A stretch of DNA of 64,000 bases from Paraspadella gotoi (Eukaryota; Animalia; Chaetognatha). Of this stretch, positions 61,301 through 64,000 are shown in pieces. How positions within the stretch are numbered: the first letter of the stretch is position 1; every line of letters starts with the position of its first letter. The position numbers were made by a program, and so were the translations under genes. The DNA lies in assembly GCA_051294375.1 (NCBI GenBank), contig CM119267.1, positions 6,003,992 to 6,067,991 of the forward strand, given 5' to 3'. The notes beneath the pieces were generated by a model. That model made no database searches and was not told the origin of the DNA. It saw nothing but the letters and a program-made list of their open reading frames with translations.

Positions 61301-61880
61301 TGGGGAGGGAGGCTTCGGTGTCCAACGATGTCACGGAATGAAAACTAGGAGAGCGAACTGCTACTGGGGACGGAGAAAGAGAAGTCGCCGGCGCCCACGC
61401 CGCTGCGCCAGTCGAAGATTCGTCATATGAAATTTTGACAAGCACTCCCGTCGGAACTTCAGCATGCGAATCGACTTCCAGGGGTCGATCCTTCGCAGTT
61501 CGATCTTCGTCCGAAGACAACCTAATGAGATCTGACTCTAAATTGTCACCGGGTCTCTCGCCGCCACTAAATTCGCAATCAATGACCCTGGCGTCTCTAA
61601 CGATCGAACGCTTCAGGTCTCCGTCTTCGTCGGAAGGGTTGCAGTCGTCTTCGCCCTCCAACAAAGCCTGGATGCGATCGATGATCTTCTCCGCGGCGTC
61701 GATTTTCGCTCTGGCCGATTTTTGTCTGACGCGAAAATTCGGCGCTGTATTCGCGGCAACAGCAGCGGCGACAATGGCTTCGGTGGACGTGAGCAGCTCG
61801 TTTAATTTAGCAACGATTAAGTCTTTTTCATCCGCGACCTCACTTAACTTTTGTTGAAGGCGCGCCCTCTGACGATTCAT
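58339..61880 (-). CDS. Multi-Tudor domain protein (three extended Tudor domains), multi-exon
   Basis: WYRGKV..LLDIGE, FRRGLV..YYLDFGE..LPPQCVKC and ARCRL..YLVDFGY..PEMAVPCRL; N-terminal coiled coil. Confidence 0.85.
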
Positions 61881-62063
61881 CTTCTTTGTCTTTCGGTAGG
61901 AAACAAATCACTGCTTCTTCATTAAAGATTAAATATTAAAAAAAAAATTAATCTTTAGGCCGTACGTAAAACTTAAAAACTGGTACAAAATCTTCAGAAA
62001 TTGTGCTAAAATATTGTCAAATATTGTCAACAAAAGAAATTCACTAAAACCGTTTTTCAACAT

Positions 62064-63308
62064 TCACTTATCGCGATAAACGTTCATCGCGGCTCTGTGA
62101 ACAATGGTGTGTCTGAGGGAGACGTCGCCCCACCAGTCGGAATAACCACCACCGATCACGGTGGCAACGGGAATGCCCCGCTTGTAGAGGTGGTTGAGAA
62201 CGTAGTGATCGCGGTCGAAGATGCCCTGATCGGTCATCGACAGACGCCCGAGCACATCGTCCGCGTGAGTGTCGACGCCGGCGTCGTAAATAACGAGATC
62301 GGGAACGAAGGTGTCGACGATTCTCGGCAAGTTTTCGACGACACGCTGGAGGTATTCGGTGTCGCCGACGCCATCTTCCAATGAAATGTCGAGATCGGAT
62401 TTTTGTTTTCTGAGCGGAAAATTTTTGGCGTTGTGGACGGAAAAGGTGAAAACGGAGGGATCTTCGGCAAAAATAAAGGCCGTCCCGTCGCCCTGGTGCA
62501 CGTCAAGATCCACGACCAGAATCTAATAAAACAAAAATGATAAAGATGTTTTTTTTTTCCTTCTTTCTTTCTCTCTCTCTCTCACCTTCTCGACCATCTC
62601 AGAAGCCACCATGAATCTCGCCGCAATCGCAATATCATTTACGAGACAGTATCCAGCGCCGAAGGAGGGAAAGGCGTGATGCGTTCCTCCGCCCGTGCTG
62701 CAAGCGATTCCAGTTTCCAGGGCGAGTCGACAGGCGAGGATGGTGCCACCAGTCTCTAGCCTACAACGACGCACCAAACCGGGCGTCCACGGAAAACCCG
62801 TACGGCGCCGTTCCTCGTCCGTGGTGAGACCCCGAAAGAACGAGTGCACGTAGACGGGATCGTGCACCAAAGCGCAGATGGCGGCGGGCACGGGCGGCGG
62901 CCTCACTACCTGCCGCTTCTCGATCACCCCGTCCATCATTAGGTAATTAAAGAGCCCGTCGAATTTGCCCATGACGAATCGGTTGTTGGCGGGAATCTCG
63001 CAAACGAAGCCGTGATGATGCACGACTGGAAGGGAGCGCCCGAAGCGAAGATGCTCGTCGCAAGCCGCCGCGGCGAATTCCAAGTCGACCGGGCCGCCAG
63101 TCCTTGCGTCATTCTCGGAGAGGGTATCGATGTCCAATGAGTTCGGGTTGAACGAGAGGGCCGCATGGTGAGACGCGCGAAAGATTATAAGTCTTTTAGA
63201 GAGAAGAGTCTTTATCGAAGAGAAAAGTTTAATATCATTCCTGGGGTTATTAAATTCAACATATGACCGAAAAGAAAGGTATTTATTAAAGTGGCGGCAT
63301 AAAGCCAT
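62064..63308 (-). CDS. Histone deacetylase-family protein (class IV-related), 2 exons
   Basis: RFVMGKF, GGGTHHAF, GYCLVND, DLDVHQGDGT, YDAGVD and VIGGGY; intron at about 62525-62585. Confidence 0.9.
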
Positions 63309-63691
63309 TCATTAATCTGAAGTAAATTTAAATGAGAGAAATGAGGTTATCACATTCTTCTCGAGATTCAAAATCATTAACATTTTATGACTATGAGAAC
63401 ATTAATTAAACATCCAATAAATATATTTAGGTTAAAAGTGGTCACAGATACAAAAATCAAATGGGGCTCAAAAAACTTCCCATCCTATCAATAATCAATG
63501 TCAATTTTGTCCAAAAGTCAATAATTTTGTTAATAAAAAATGCACTAACAAACAAACAACTTATTCTTAGTAAATATGATCGTCGGAATCGGAACCCATG
63601 ACGAACCACATAGTATACGTACACTAAAGTGCAGTGACTCAAAATTCTCAACAAATGCATGTAAATTTTTTTAGAATATCAATTAAAAAGT

Positions 63692-64000
63692 TCAAAATTT
63701 CCTATCAGGCCACCAAATTTCTGCCAAAGCATCGTTAAAACTAATTCCTTCCAACACCTGAAGAGAATAAGCCAAGGCTTCCGGCATCCATACCCCCAAC
63801 AAGTAATCAACGCTTTTATTATTTAGTGTGTCGGTCCCGAGGATCCGTTTCATTGTCCCTTTGAGAGTCTTCACGAGTCGATCGACGTCCTCGTCACGTC
63901 GAAACGGTCCGAAATTGTTCAACTTGAGAGGCTTGAGTAACGACGGAGAGGAATCGAAGAAAACTTTAAGGCACGACTTTTCTCGGTCCTCGTGAATGGC
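63692..64000 (-). CDS. C-terminal part of a PWWP3A/MUM1-like protein (continues beyond the window)
   Basis: DEDVDRLVKTL...YLLGVWMPEALAYSLQVL resembles the MUM1 C-terminus (QLDLVVKYL...FILDVLLPEAIICAI). Confidence 0.55.
   Translation of the reverse strand, partial: AIHEDREKSCLKVFFDSSPSLLKPLKLNNFGPFRRDEDVDRLVKTLKGTMKRILGTDTLNNKSVDYLLGVWMPEALAYSLQVLEGISFNDALAEIWWPDRKF

Overview
Compact, gene-dense animal (probably invertebrate bilaterian) nuclear DNA with short GT-AG introns and one small N gap. I can support 22 host protein-coding genes, all on the minus strand. Many are only about 160-380 bp apart, and many have a splice-acceptor-like pyrimidine tract plus AG just upstream of the ATG. This suggests operon-like, possibly SL trans-spliced polycistronic transcription (inference; not provable from DNA alone). 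In transcription order (right to left): PWWP3/MUM1-like (partial), HDAC-family, multi-Tudor, BTB-zinc finger, HSD17B10, RALGAPB, FGFR1OP2/SIKE, ENSA/ARPP19, EHMT (G9a/GLP), EXD3/mut-7, two VMAC-like paralogs, ENGase, a TM protein, KCTD-like BTB, RBIS, Tan-like C45 hydrolase, INTS7, TPC1, a truncated and degenerate FBH1, a sulfotransferase, and a TASOR/TEX15-like protein with an internal repeat I do not recognise. Plus-strand coding remnants are all transposon-derived (BEL/Pao gag, Tc1, CRE-like LINE). The window also has MITEs, a tRNA-derived SINE, a hammerhead-like motif and tandem repeats. All gene identities come from recalled protein motifs, not database searches.
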